Assembly: GCA_036262935.1 (NCBI GenBank)
Contig: DATAHW010000025.1
Location: 17,094-81,093 of the forward strand
Direction of reading: 5' to 3'
Source: Gemmatimonadales bacterium
Lineage (GTDB): Bacteria > Gemmatimonadota > Gemmatimonadetes > Gemmatimonadales > GWC2-71-9
Length of the DNA: 64,000 nt
Position 1 is the first letter of the stretch. Every line of letters starts with the position of its first letter. Of the stretch, positions 53,792-63,829 are shown piece by piece. The notes under the pieces were generated by a model. It made no database searches and was not told where the DNA came from. It was given only the letters and a program-made list of their open reading frames with translations. Both the position numbers and the translations under genes were made by a program.

Positions 53792-55162
53792 ATGAGCCTC
53801 GGCCGTTGTCCCGCGTCCGCCACCGCGTCGCTGCTGCTGGCGATCGGCCTGCTCGCGGGCTGCCGCCGCGCGACTACCGACGGCGTGGCCCTCGTCGGCG
53901 CGACGCTGATCGACGGAAGCGGTGGACCGGCGCTGCCCGACGCGGCCATCGTGGTGCGGCACGGCCGGATCGAATCGGTCGGCACCCGCGCCGGCTTCCA
54001 GCTCCCGCCGCGTACGGCGGAAGTGGAACTCCGCGGACGATGGATCATCCCGGGCCTTATCGACGCGCACGCGCACGTCGAGCCGTGGGCCCTGCCGCGC
54101 TACCTGGCGTGGGGGGTGACGACCGTGCGCGATCTGCACGGCAGCCTCGACACCATTCTCAGGCTCCGCGACCGGGTCAATCGCGGCGCCGTGCCCGGGC
54201 CGCGGATCTACAGCGCCGGGGCCATGATCGACGGCCTGCCCACCACCTACCCCGATGCGATCGGCGCCAGCAACGCGCGTGAGGCCCGGAAGGCCGTAGA
54301 CCGCCTGGTCAACTCGGGCGTCGATCTCGTGAAGGTCTATACCCGGATCGATCCGACCCTGCTCCGCGCCGTCGTCGACGAGGCGAAGACCTTCAACCTG
54401 CGGGTGGCCGGCCACCTCGGAATGACCAGCGCCGCCGTGGCCGGGGCGGCGGGGATTTCGTCCATCGAGCACCTGAGCGGCGTGCCGGAATCGTGCGTGC
54501 CCGATGCGTCGTCCATCATGGCGGCGCACTACCGTGGCTTCTTTCCCGGCTGGACCGCTTTCGAACGGAGCTGGGCCGGGCTCGATTCCGCGGCGCTCGA
54601 CCGGGTGGCGACCGATCTCGCCCGGGAGCACGTCACCATGGTGCCCACGCTCGTGCTGCACGACACCTTCAGCCGGCTGGATGATCCGGCGATGCTCCAG
54701 GACACGATGCTCCGTGCCGTGCCGGCGCTGCAGCAGCAGCGCTGGAACGTGCCGGACATGGTGCGGCGGGCGGGGTGGACGGCCGCGGAGTTCGCGGCAT
54801 TCCGAGCGGCGCGGCCGCAGCAGGACCTGTTCCTTCGCCGCTTCGCGGCCGCGGGCGGCACGATCGCCGCGGGCACCGACGCTTCCAACCAGATGCTCAT
54901 CCCAGGCTATAGCGAGCATCGCGAGATGGCGTTGCTGGTGCACGCGGGGTTCTCCCCGCGTGACGCCCTCGCCGCCGCGACCCGGAGCGGGGCGCTGCTC
55001 CTCGGCGTCGATTCGCTCGGCATCATCGCCCCGCGGAAGGCGGCCGACCTGGTGGTGCTCACCCGGGATCCGCTCGCCGACATCGGGAATACGCTCGCGA
55101 TCGACCGCGTCATGTCCCGCGGCGTGCTGTTCTCCGCCGACTCGATCCGTCGGTCATGGTAG
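53792..55162 (+). CDS. Amidohydrolase-family lipoprotein
   Basis: LLAIGLLAGC lipobox. GLIDAHAHV metal-binding motif. GTDAS near the C-terminus. Confidence 0.85.
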   Translation: MSLGRCPASATASLLLAIGLLAGCRRATTDGVALVGATLIDGSGGPALPDAAIVVRHGRIESVGTRAGFQLPPRTAEVELRGRWIIPGLIDAHAHVEPWALPRYLAWGVTTVRDLHGSLDTILRLRDRVNRGAVPGPRIYSAGAMIDGLPTTYPDAIGASNAREARKAVDRLVNSGVDLVKVYTRIDPTLLRAVVDEAKTFNLRVAGHLGMTSAAVAGAAGISSIEHLSGVPESCVPDASSIMAAHYRGFFPGWTAFERSWAGLDSAALDRVATDLAREHVTMVPTLVLHDTFSRLDDPAMLQDTMLRAVPALQQQRWNVPDMVRRAGWTAAEFAAFRAARPQQDLFLRRFAAAGGTIAAGTDASNQMLIPGYSEHREMALLVHAGFSPRDALAAATRSGALLLGVDSLGIIAPRKAADLVVLTRDPLADIGNTLAIDRVMSRGVLFSADSIRRSW

Positions 55163-56067
55163 GTGCCGGCCTGAGCGCCCGCGCCGCGAGCCCGACGCCG
55201 CTCGAACGGCTGGCGCTGTATTTCGCCACCCGCCAGACCCGGCAGGGCGTTCTGGCGCGGCGTGCGCTCGGGGCGGCGACGGCGGAGGACGGCGAGCTGT
55301 CGCGCGAACTCGCCAGCGCGATGGCGGCCGAGCTCCGGCCCGACGGCAGCGTAGGCGGAGCGGCCGTGCCCACGATCTGGCGTGCGCACGAGCTGCTCGA
55401 TCTGGGCCGTCCACCCGATGACCCGGACGTTCGTCTGGCGCTCGACTGGGTGCTGCGGCAACAGGGGGGTGCGGGGGCCTACGGTGAGGGATGCGATCGG
55501 GTGCGGCACGCCCAACGGATCTGCGAGCACTGGCTGCGCGGGTTCTTCGCTGCGGCGCCACCGGGCCAGCGTCTCGCGCCGATCACCCTGCCCAACGGCA
55601 AGGCGTTTCGCGCGGAGCCGGCGGCGCGGTTCGGCATCAGTTGCCTCGCGCTCAGGGCGGCGCTCCGTGGAGGGCTGGGCGACCGGCCGGCGATCGCGCA
55701 GCACCTGGAGAGCCTGCAGCTTCTGGCGGAACAGTGGAGGGACTGGACCGGGTTCTTCCCGCCGGACGTCATCGTGGCCGGATTGCACGCGCTCGCGCTG
55801 GGCGGCCCACGGTACCACCCGACCGTGGAGGCGCTGGTCTCGGTCATGACCTCGCACCAGCGGGTGGACGGATACTGGCCCCACGTGGACATGTTTGCCA
55901 CGCTCGAGGCGCTGCTCGCAACCGGCCTCGCGGGCGCGCGGACTCTCATCCACCGCGCCCTGCCCGCGGTGGCCGAGCGTCAGCGGGCGGATGGCACCTT
56001 CGGTACCATGGCGCAGGAGGAGCGCGCCTTGATCGCTGTACGCGCGCTGGTCTGGGTCGGCACCTAG
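55156..56067 (+). CDS. Prenyltransferase/squalene-oxidase-repeat-like (alpha/alpha toroid) protein
   Basis: Repeated Q-x-x-(D/G)G-x-(W/F/Y) units: RQQGGAGAYG, HQRVDGYW, RQRADGTFG. 7-nt overlap with the amidohydrolase gene. Confidence 0.5.
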   Translation: MVGAGLSARAASPTPLERLALYFATRQTRQGVLARRALGAATAEDGELSRELASAMAAELRPDGSVGGAAVPTIWRAHELLDLGRPPDDPDVRLALDWVLRQQGGAGAYGEGCDRVRHAQRICEHWLRGFFAAAPPGQRLAPITLPNGKAFRAEPAARFGISCLALRAALRGGLGDRPAIAQHLESLQLLAEQWRDWTGFFPPDVIVAGLHALALGGPRYHPTVEALVSVMTSHQRVDGYWPHVDMFATLEALLATGLAGARTLIHRALPAVAERQRADGTFGTMAQEERALIAVRALVWVGT

Positions 56068-56774
56068 ACTACACCCCCCGCCGCCGCGCGGAGCCACCAC
56101 ACGCCCACGGCCAGGCCGGAGAGTCCCACCAGCCGGACCACGCGACGCCCCCAGACGAGGGAGCCCCTCGTCGCCCGGCGCATCAGCCGCGCGGTGATCA
56201 GCGCGAAGAGCACCATGGCCAGCGTTACCCCTGCGCCGAAGCAGGTGAGATACCCCACGCCGAGGCCGACCCGGTCCATCATGGTGACCGGCACGAGCGC
56301 TACCACGCCGCTGCTGCCGGCCAACCCGTGGAGCAGGCCGACCAGCGTGATCCCGCCATGCTCGTGCGGCTCGCGCGCCGGGGCCGCCGCGCCGTGGGCG
56401 TGGGCGTGCGGCGCAGCGCCCCCGTGCAGGTGGAGGTGCGCGTGGCCCCCGTGTTCCTCCCGGGAGTGCAGGTGTAACTTCCGTGCGGAGACGAGGGCCC
56501 AGCTCCCCAGCCCGATGAGCATGAGGCCGACGAGCGCCTCGCCCAGGGCATCGTAGCGGGCCGGCCAGCGGAGGCCGGTCGCGAGCAGCAGCCCGCCCGC
56601 CGCGAGCACGGCCACGGAATGCCCGATTCCCCACTTGAAGCCGAACCGGACCGCCGCGGCCGATGTCGGCCGCCGGCTGACGAAGGTGGTGACGGCCACC
56701 ATGTGGTCCACCTCCAGCGCGTGGAGAAAGCCCAGCATGGCGGCCGTGCCGAGGGCGATCGCATCGGTCGACAT
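56064..56774 (-). CDS. NicO/RcnA-like metal (Ni/Co-type) transporter with His-rich loop
   Basis: GFLHALEVDHM motif. Loop HLHSREEHGGHAHLHLHGGAAPHAHAHG. About six TM helices. Confidence 0.8.
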   Translation of the reverse strand: MSTDAIALGTAAMLGFLHALEVDHMVAVTTFVSRRPTSAAAVRFGFKWGIGHSVAVLAAGGLLLATGLRWPARYDALGEALVGLMLIGLGSWALVSARKLHLHSREEHGGHAHLHLHGGAAPHAHAHGAAAPAREPHEHGGITLVGLLHGLAGSSGVVALVPVTMMDRVGLGVGYLTCFGAGVTLAMVLFALITARLMRRATRGSLVWGRRVVRLVGLSGLAVGVWWLRAAAGGVV

Positions 56775-56816
56775 GGGCAGAATCCTACCACCGTTCACCC
56801 GCATTCCCCAACGAGC

Positions 56817-57893
56817 ATGACCGACGCCACGGCGGCCCCGAAGCCCAGACTCCGACTCACCTCGCTCTCCCATGGGGCGGGCTGCGCCTGCAAGCTCGGC
56901 TCCGTTGACCTGGCCGAGGTGCTGCGGCATCTGCCGGGCGTGGCCGACCCCCGCGTGTTGGTCGACGCGACGACCCGCGACGATGCGGCCGTCTTCCGGC
57001 TGAGCGACGACCGGGCGCTTGTGGCCACCACGGACTTCTTCACTCCCATCGTGGACGACCCGCGCGCCTGGGGCGCGATCGCCGCGGCCAACGCGCTGAG
57101 TGACGTGTACGCGATGGGCGGAACGCCGCTCTTCGCGCTCAACCTCGTGGGCTGGCCGCGGGAGAAGGTGCCGTTCGACGTCCTGGGCGAGGTGCTCGCG
57201 GGGGCGGCGGAGGTCACCGGCCGCGCGGGCTGCCTCATGCTCGGCGGCCACTCGATCGACGTGCTCGAGCCGCTCTTCGGGCTGGTGGTGATCGGTGAGG
57301 TCCACCCCGATCGCGCGCTCACCAATGCCGGCGCCTGCGCCGGCGACCTGCTCGTCCTCACCAAGCCGCTCGGCACCGGCATCCTGTCTACCGCGCTCAA
57401 GCGCGACGCCCTGATCGAGGCGGGGATGGCCGACGCGGTCCGCTCCATGACCACGCTCAACGACGGCGCCGCCCGGGCCGCGCTCGCGGTGGGCGTGAGC
57501 GCGGCAACGGACGTGACCGGCTTCGGACTGCTCGGCCACCTGGGCAACATCCTCGCGGCGAGCGGCGTCGGGGCCGAGATCGCGTACGAGTCGCTGCCGC
57601 TGCTGCCGCACGCGTGGAATCTGGCCAATCGCGGAGTCGTCCCGGGCGGCACCCAGCGCAACCTGATGGCGGCGGATGCGCAGGTCGAGTGGGCAGACGA
57701 CCTGGCACCGGCGGACCGGGTGTTGTGCGTCGATGCGCAGACCTCGGGCGGCCTGCTGCTGGCGGTGCCGCGCGAGAACGAGGCGGCGCTGCTCACCGCC
57801 CTGCGCGCCGAGCAGACGCCGGCGGCCGCCGTGATCGGACGGGTGACGCCGGGGCCGGCGGGCCGCATTCGCGTGCTGAGGAATTTCGCGTGA
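56817..57893 (+). CDS. selD: Selenide, water dikinase (selenophosphate synthetase), Cys form
   Basis: LSHGAGCACKLG (E. coli: SHGAGCGCKIS), TTDFFTPIVDDP, GGHSID, TDVTGFGLLGHL and DAQTSGGLLLAV. Confidence 0.9.
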   Translation: MTDATAAPKPRLRLTSLSHGAGCACKLGSVDLAEVLRHLPGVADPRVLVDATTRDDAAVFRLSDDRALVATTDFFTPIVDDPRAWGAIAAANALSDVYAMGGTPLFALNLVGWPREKVPFDVLGEVLAGAAEVTGRAGCLMLGGHSIDVLEPLFGLVVIGEVHPDRALTNAGACAGDLLVLTKPLGTGILSTALKRDALIEAGMADAVRSMTTLNDGAARAALAVGVSAATDVTGFGLLGHLGNILAASGVGAEIAYESLPLLPHAWNLANRGVVPGGTQRNLMAADAQVEWADDLAPADRVLCVDAQTSGGLLLAVPRENEAALLTALRAEQTPAAAVIGRVTPGPAGRIRVLRNFA

Positions 57894-57935
57894 GCTCGAG
57901 CCCCGTTTTCGACGCACTCCCCGACACTCTGCCCG

Positions 57936-58160
57936 ATGCCCCCCCTTCGCTGGACCGCTGACCGCATGGACCAGCTCGAGCACGCCGCCCGCCGGGGGCA
58001 GCGGGTTGCGCTCTCGCGGCGCGGCACCGAGTACGTCATCGTCGCCCTGCGGGTCACGAACGAGGACCGGCACGACGTGCTGATCGGGCGGCTCCCGATG
58101 ACGGGCGAGGAGCTGACGTTCCGGCTGGATCAGATCGACAGCTTTCAGGTGGTCGGATGA
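57936..58160 (+). CDS. 74-aa hypothetical protein
   Basis: The ORF stop overlaps the rnhA start (ATGA), which suggests translational coupling. No family recognised. Confidence 0.45.
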   Translation: MPPLRWTADRMDQLEHAARRGQRVALSRRGTEYVIVALRVTNEDRHDVLIGRLPMTGEELTFRLDQIDSFQVVG

Positions 58161-58783
58161 GCGGCGTCGCCGTCCTCCACCTCGACGAGAGCTGTCTGGG
58201 TAACGGGCGCGAGGGGGAGAATCCCGGCGGCAGCGGTGGACTCGTCGAGGCGCGGAGCGGCCGGGGCCGGGTCGAGCGGCGCGATTTCTATATCAGCTCG
58301 CCCGCCACGACCAACAACCGCATGGCGCTGAGCGGCGCGATCGCGGCGCTGCAGCTCCTGGCCAAGAAGGGATCGCGGCTCGGGGTCCTGATCGTCTCCG
58401 ATTCGCAGTACCTGGTGAAGGGCATGAGGGAGTGGGTCTCCGCCTGGGCCGCGCGGGGATGGAGCCGGAAGCAGGGTCCGATCGAGAACCTCGAGCTGTG
58501 GAAGGCGTTGCTCGCGTCCGCTCGGCTGCACGATGTGCAGTGGACCTGGGTGCGCGGCCACCAGGGGCACGCCAAGAACGAGTACGCCAACGATCTTGCG
58601 GTCCTGGCGGCAAAGGAGCAGCGGACGTCGGAGGGGATGGTGGAATCGGAGTTCGAGCCCTGGCTGGAGGCCAGGCGGAAGAAGGGTTCGTACCTGGCCT
58701 ATGATCCTGACGAGGCCTTCGCGGCCCTCGAGCGGCGCGTGTCCGCGGGCGAGGCCTTTCCGCTGGCGGACCCGGTTCCGTGA
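58157..58783 (+). CDS. rnhA: Ribonuclease HI with C-terminal extension of about 55 aa
   Basis: LDESCLGN ... TTNNRMAL ... VSDSQYLVKGMREW ... WTWVRGHQGHAKNEYANDLA match the RNase HI catalytic motifs. Confidence 0.9.
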   Translation: MSGVAVLHLDESCLGNGREGENPGGSGGLVEARSGRGRVERRDFYISSPATTNNRMALSGAIAALQLLAKKGSRLGVLIVSDSQYLVKGMREWVSAWAARGWSRKQGPIENLELWKALLASARLHDVQWTWVRGHQGHAKNEYANDLAVLAAKEQRTSEGMVESEFEPWLEARRKKGSYLAYDPDEAFAALERRVSAGEAFPLADPVP

Positions 58784-58805
58784 CCTCCGTCCAGGGGGCT
58801 CGCCC

Positions 58806-59474
58806 GTGACGGATCTCGAGCGGTTCTTCCGGCGGCTCGTCGTCACCCTCGCGGCGACCGACCCGGCTCGCCTCCACCAGCCGCTCCCGCTCAAGGCGAT
58901 CCACGAGTCCATCCTCCCCTACCGCTCCCATCGCCGGGCACTCGGGCTGGAGAGCAGCGAGGACTACGAACTGGTGCTCCTGCGTCTGTGCGCCGGCGAA
59001 GGCGGCCTTGCCCGCACGGAGCCGGAGGAGGTGCGCGCGCGGTTCGCCGAGGAGCTCAGGAATCCCAGCCCGGACCTCGCGGTTCTGCACCAGTACGAGA
59101 ATGTCCTCGTGTCCCTTCGGTCCGCCCCGCTCGCCCAGGCGCTCGAGCCGGTGCCCGATCCCGACCTGCCGTACGCTCCACCAGCGCCGCCGCCGCTCGC
59201 AGGCATCGCCGAGCCGGCCCTCGACCTTCCCGCGCCCGACCCGTCCGTGATCGACGCGGCAGTGGATTTCGACATGGCGGATTCGCTGGAGGTACCTTCC
59301 GGGGAGCCGCGATGCCTGCACTGCGGGGGCGGGCTTCCCACCGACCGCCCGGCGCGATTCTGCCCCCGCTGCGGGCAGCGCCAGGCGCCCCCCGAGTGCC
59401 CACGCTGTCACAGCGAGGTGGAGGCCGGCTGGCGCCACTGCGTGAACTGCGGGACGGCGCTGGGCGGACGGTAG
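58806..59474 (+). CDS. Double-zinc-ribbon protein
   Basis: The C-terminus is CLHCGG ... CPRCGQRQAPPECPRCHSEVEAGWRHCVNCG. GTG start. Confidence 0.6.
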   Translation: MTDLERFFRRLVVTLAATDPARLHQPLPLKAIHESILPYRSHRRALGLESSEDYELVLLRLCAGEGGLARTEPEEVRARFAEELRNPSPDLAVLHQYENVLVSLRSAPLAQALEPVPDPDLPYAPPAPPPLAGIAEPALDLPAPDPSVIDAAVDFDMADSLEVPSGEPRCLHCGGGLPTDRPARFCPRCGQRQAPPECPRCHSEVEAGWRHCVNCGTALGGR

Positions 59475-59483
59475 GAGGCAGCC

Positions 59484-60740
59484 ATGTCCTGGGATGCCAC
59501 GCTACGGCCGCAGGACGTGCTCGCGGTCATCATGGGCGGGGGCGCGGGAACACGCCTTTTCCCGCTCACGAAGGACCGCGCCAAGCCCGCCGTCCCGCTG
59601 GCCGGAAAATACCGGCTGGTGGACATCCCCATCAGCAACTGCCTCAACTCCGACCTCCGCCGGATTTTCCTCCTCACCCAGTTCAACAGCGGCTCGCTGC
59701 ATCGGCACATCCAGGAGAGCTACCGGTTCGACACCTTCTCCGCCGGGTTCGTGGAGATTCTCGCTGCCGAGCAGCGGCCGGGCCGCACCGACTGGTATCA
59801 GGGCACCGCCGACGCCGTACGGCAGAACCTGCTCCACCTCAATTCCTATCCCCACCGCCTGGTGCTCATCCTCTCGGGCGACCAGCTCTTCCGGCTCGAC
59901 TGCCGGGCACTGCTCCAGCGCCACGTCGCGAGCGGGGCGGCGGTGACCGTGGCGACCACGCCGGTTCGCGCGGAGGCGGCGGGCGCGTTCGGCATCATGG
60001 AGGTGGAGGAGAGCGGTCGGATCACGCGATTCGTGGAAAAGCCGAAGGACCCCGCCGTACAGGCCACACTGCGCGGCTATCCCGACGCCCTCCAGGCCTC
60101 GATGGGGATCTACGTCTTCGACCGGGACATGCTGGCCGACGCGCTGGCCGGGAGTGAGGTCGACTTCGGGAAGCACGTCATCCCGCGCCTCATCGAGACC
60201 GGGCGGGTGCACGCCTTTCCCCACGAGGGCTACTGGGAGGACATCGGGACGATCCGCGCGTTCTACGAAGCCAATCTCGAGCTCTGCGAGCCGCTGCCGC
60301 GGTTCAACTTCTATGACTCGAGCGCGCCGATCTTCACCCACGCGCGCTACCTCCCGGCGACCAAGATCATCAAATGCCAGATCGAGCGCTCGGTCATCGC
60401 CGATGGCTGTATCATCAACGACGCCCTCATCGACCACTCGCTGCTCGGCATCCGCAGCCGGATCCAGGCCGGGGCCACGATTCGCGACAGCCTCATCATG
60501 GGCCAGGACTATTACGACAGCCCCGAGCGGGTTCCGGTGCCGGGGGCGCCGATGATGGGGATCGGTCACGGCACCTGGATCGAGCGTACCATCGTGGACA
60601 AGAACGCACGGATCGGCGACGAGGTCCGCATCACTCCCTACGACAAGCCTGCCTATCTCGACGGTCCCAACTACTATGTCCGCGACGGGATCGTCATCAT
60701 CCCCAAGAACGCGGTCGTCATGAGCGGCACGGTCATCTGA
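59484..60740 (+). CDS. glgC: Glucose-1-phosphate adenylyltransferase
   Basis: VIMGGGAGTRLFPLTKDRAKPAVPLAGKYRLVDIPISNCLNS ... WYQGTADAV ... C-terminal left-handed beta-helix. Confidence 0.95.
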   Translation: MSWDATLRPQDVLAVIMGGGAGTRLFPLTKDRAKPAVPLAGKYRLVDIPISNCLNSDLRRIFLLTQFNSGSLHRHIQESYRFDTFSAGFVEILAAEQRPGRTDWYQGTADAVRQNLLHLNSYPHRLVLILSGDQLFRLDCRALLQRHVASGAAVTVATTPVRAEAAGAFGIMEVEESGRITRFVEKPKDPAVQATLRGYPDALQASMGIYVFDRDMLADALAGSEVDFGKHVIPRLIETGRVHAFPHEGYWEDIGTIRAFYEANLELCEPLPRFNFYDSSAPIFTHARYLPATKIIKCQIERSVIADGCIINDALIDHSLLGIRSRIQAGATIRDSLIMGQDYYDSPERVPVPGAPMMGIGHGTWIERTIVDKNARIGDEVRITPYDKPAYLDGPNYYVRDGIVIIPKNAVVMSGTVI

Positions 60741-60846
60741 CCGTCAGGCCCGACGGGGAGCCCGGTTTCCTTGAAGTGCGTCTCCGGCGCGGGCATATTC
60801 ACCATAGAATGTGCCGCGCCTGTCCCCCCTCCCGGAGTTCCCCCGC

Positions 60847-62058
60847 GTGACCTCGGCCGGCCGCGACCTCGGCCTCGTCTTCCTCTCGGGCGCGCGCACC
60901 GGTTTCGGCGCGTTCGGAGGCGCGCTGAGGGATCTGTCCGCGACCGAGCTTGGCGCGGCCGCCGCCCGGGCGGCGCTGGAGCGCTCGGGGCTCGAGCACG
61001 CCGCCGTCGATCATGTCATTTTCGGCAACGTCCTCCAGACCAGCGCGGACGCCCCCTATCTGGCCCGTCACGTCGGGTTGCGCGCCGGGCTGCCCGCCGA
61101 GACGCCCGCGCTCACCGTCAACCGGCTGTGCGGTTCGGGGTTCGAAGCCGTCATCCAGGGCGCGCGGCAGATCCTGCTCGGCGAATCGCGCGTGGTGCTC
61201 GCGGGGGGTACGGAGTCAATGAGCCAGGCGCCGCACGTGGTGCGTGGCGCACGCTGGGGCCTCAGGCTGGGACCGACGGCCCCGTTCGAGGACACCCTGT
61301 GGGAGGCGCTGCGCGATTCGTACTGTGGGCTCTCGATGGCGGAGACGGCGGAACGGCTGGCCGAGCAGCACCGGATCGGCCGTGAGGCGGTGGACTGCTA
61401 CGCCGCCCGGAGCCAGATGCGCGCGAAGGCCGGGTGGGATGCAGGCGCGTTCGCCGACGAGATTGTCCCGGTCATGCGCAAGGACCCCAAGACGCGCCAG
61501 GAGGTGGCGTGGGCGGCGGACGAGCACATGCGTCCGGACACCACGGTCGAGGCGCTGGCCAAGCTGCCGCCCTATTTCCGGAAGGACGGCGTCGTTACGG
61601 CCGGGAACGCCTCGGGGATCTGCGACGGGGCGGCCGCGCTCGTCGTAGCGAGTGAGGATTTCGCGCGGGAGCGCGGGCTTCGGCCGATCGGCCGGCTGGT
61701 TGGGTGGGGCATCGCCGGCGTGGACCCGGCGATCATGGGCATCGGCCCGGTCCCGGCCTCGCGCCGGGCGCTTGCCGCGGCGGGGCTCGCGCTGGCCGAC
61801 ATGGACCTGGTCGAGATCAACGAAGCGTTCGCGGCCCAGTACCTGGCTGTCGAACAGGAGCTGGGGCTCGACCGCGAGCGCACCAACGTGGACGGTGGGG
61901 CCGTGGCGCTGGGCCACCCGCTCGGGGCGACCGGCGCGCGCCTCACCCTGCACCTGCTCTGCGCCCTGCGTCGCCGCCGCGGCCGGTACGGCCTGGCCGC
62001 CGCCTGCATCGGCGGCGGGCAGGGTGCGGCCGTCGTGGTCGAAGCCTTGGCCGCCTGA
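60847..62058 (+). CDS. Acetyl-CoA C-acetyltransferase (thiolase)
   Basis: [12 protein letters not shown] (active Cys), [35 protein letters not shown]. The start is GTG 60847 or GTG 60811. Confidence 0.9.
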   Translation: MTSAGRDLGLVFLSGARTGFGAFGGALRDLSATELGAAAARAALERSGLEHAAVDHVIFGNVLQTSADAPYLARHVGLRAGLPAETPALTVNRLCGSGFEAVIQGARQILLGESRVVLAGGTESMSQAPHVVRGARWGLRLGPTAPFEDTLWEALRDSYCGLSMAETAERLAEQHRIGREAVDCYAARSQMRAKAGWDAGAFADEIVPVMRKDPKTRQEVAWAADEHMRPDTTVEALAKLPPYFRKDGVVTAGNASGICDGAAALVVASEDFARERGLRPIGRLVGWGIAGVDPAIMGIGPVPASRRALAAAGLALADMDLVEINEAFAAQYLAVEQELGLDRERTNVDGGAVALGHPLGATGARLTLHLLCALRRRRGRYGLAAACIGGGQGAAVVVEALAA

Positions 62059-62080
62059 GCAACGAATCGAGGAACGAATC

Positions 62081-62959
62081 ATGGACCTGCTGCTGCCACT
62101 CCTGCTCGCTGCCGTTCTCTATTCGTTCGCGAGCTTGCGCGTCATCCGGCAGTACGAGCGCGCCGTGGCCTTCTTTCTCGGGCGCTACTGGGGCACCAAG
62201 GGGCCAGGAATGATTTTCCTGCCCGCCGGCTTCGCCGCGCAGAAGCGGGTCTCGCTCCGCATCATGGCGCTGGACATCCCGCCGCAGGACGTGATCACCC
62301 GCGACAACGTCTCGGTCAAGGTCAACGCCGTGCTCTACATGCGGGTGTCCGACCCGGCCAAGGCCATCATCGAGATCGAAGACTACATGTACGCCACCAG
62401 CCAGCTCGCGCAGACCACCCTTCGTTCGGTCCTGGGCGAGGTGGAGCTCGACGAGCTGCTGTCCGATCGCGAAAAGATCAACGCGGTGCTCAAGAAGATC
62501 ATCGACGAACGGACGGAGGCCTGGGGCATCGAGGTCTCCGCGGTCGAGGTCAAGGACGTGGACCTTCCCGACCAGATGAAGCGGGCGATGGCCCGCCAGG
62601 CGGAGGCGGAGCGCGAGCGCCGGGCCAAGGTCATCGCGGCCCAGGGAGAGCTCCAGGCGTCGGAGACACTGGCGGAGGCTGCCCGGAACCTCGCCGTCGA
62701 GCCGAGCGCCATCCAGCTCCGCTACCTCCAGACGGTCACCGAGATCGCGGCGGAGAACAATTCCACGACGATCTTCCCGATCCCGATCGAGCTGTTCCGG
62801 CCCTTCCTGCAGGCCCAGGCGCAGGCCCAGGCGCAGTCGGCTCGGCCGGCCCTGGCGCCCGGGGCGGAGGCGCCGGGCACTGCGCTCCCCGCGGCCGACC
62901 TCTCCGCCCTCATGTCCTCACTCCGGCTGAACGCGGCCCGAACGCCCGCGCAGGAGTAG
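62081..62959 (+). CDS. SPFH/Band-7 (stomatin-like) protein
   Basis: [16 protein letters not shown] ... [21 protein letters not shown] ... [18 protein letters not shown]. Confidence 0.9.
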   Translation: MDLLLPLLLAAVLYSFASLRVIRQYERAVAFFLGRYWGTKGPGMIFLPAGFAAQKRVSLRIMALDIPPQDVITRDNVSVKVNAVLYMRVSDPAKAIIEIEDYMYATSQLAQTTLRSVLGEVELDELLSDREKINAVLKKIIDERTEAWGIEVSAVEVKDVDLPDQMKRAMARQAEAERERRAKVIAAQGELQASETLAEAARNLAVEPSAIQLRYLQTVTEIAAENNSTTIFPIPIELFRPFLQAQAQAQAQSARPALAPGAEAPGTALPAADLSALMSSLRLNAARTPAQE

Positions 62960-62960
62960 C

Positions 62961-63788
62961 ATGAGCGACGGCACCCCGGCCCGGCTCGATCGGGCGGCGC
63001 TCGAGCGGATCATCCAGCGCGCAGCCGAACTGCAGACGGCGGAGCACGGCCCGGGCGAGGAGCTGACCCCCGACCAGGTCCTCGCGCTCGGCCGCGAGGT
63101 GGGGATTCCAGGCCGCTACCTCCAGCAGGCAATGCTGGAGGAGCGCACCCGGCTGGTCACGGTCCAGCCGACAGGAGCGTGGGAGCGCATCGCGGGTCCC
63201 GCGCGTGCCACCGCCCAGCGTGCCGTCCCGGGGACGGTCGCGGAAGTCGAGAGTGCGCTGGCGGCGTGGATGGAGGAAAAGGAGCTGCTCTGCGTGCAGC
63301 GCCGTCAGCCCGGCCGGATCACCTGGGAGCCGCTCGGCGGGATGCCTGCGGCGCTCCGCCGCTCCGCCGCGGCGTTCAACCGCGGCAGTGCGGCGATGAT
63401 GCTCGCGCGATCGGACACGGTGTCGGCGACGATCCTCGCGCTCGAGCCGGGCTGGTGTCACGTGACGCTCGTGGCGGAGTCGCGCCGGGCGCGGGCGGAG
63501 TACGTCGGGGGCGGGGCCGCGCTCGCGGGGGCGGGCGTGCTCGGCGCCGGCCTGATGGCGGTACTGGGCGCGCTCCTGCCCGTAATGCTCATCCCCATTC
63601 CGGTCGCGCTGGGCCTGGGGTACGGGATGGCGCGCCAGTATCGGCCGGCGCTGGCCAGAATCCAGCTCGGCCTCGAGCGCGCGCTCGACCAGCTCGAACA
63701 GGGCGGGCCACCGGCCGAGCGCCGGTTGCCGCGGCGTACGGGGCTGATCGGCATGCTCGCGGAGGAGATCCGGCGGTCCCTGCGGTAG
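62961..63788 (+). CDS. Hypothetical membrane protein
   Basis: Soluble N-terminal part. Two C-terminal TM helices (GGGAALAGAGVLGAGLMAVLGALLPVMLIPIPVALGLGYG). Starts 1 nt after the SPFH stop. Confidence 0.6.
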   Translation: MSDGTPARLDRAALERIIQRAAELQTAEHGPGEELTPDQVLALGREVGIPGRYLQQAMLEERTRLVTVQPTGAWERIAGPARATAQRAVPGTVAEVESALAAWMEEKELLCVQRRQPGRITWEPLGGMPAALRRSAAAFNRGSAAMMLARSDTVSATILALEPGWCHVTLVAESRRARAEYVGGGAALAGAGVLGAGLMAVLGALLPVMLIPIPVALGLGYGMARQYRPALARIQLGLERALDQLEQGGPPAERRLPRRTGLIGMLAEEIRRSLR

Positions 63789-63829
63789 CCGGCTACCGCC
63801 GCCACACCGGCGGCACTGGAGAGCCACTC

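Noticed and set aside
56775-58073. Upstream extension of ORF 56064..58073 (669 aa).
   Set aside because: It is antisense to selD. Only the C-terminal 236 aa, from ATG 56774, form the NicO-like transporter.
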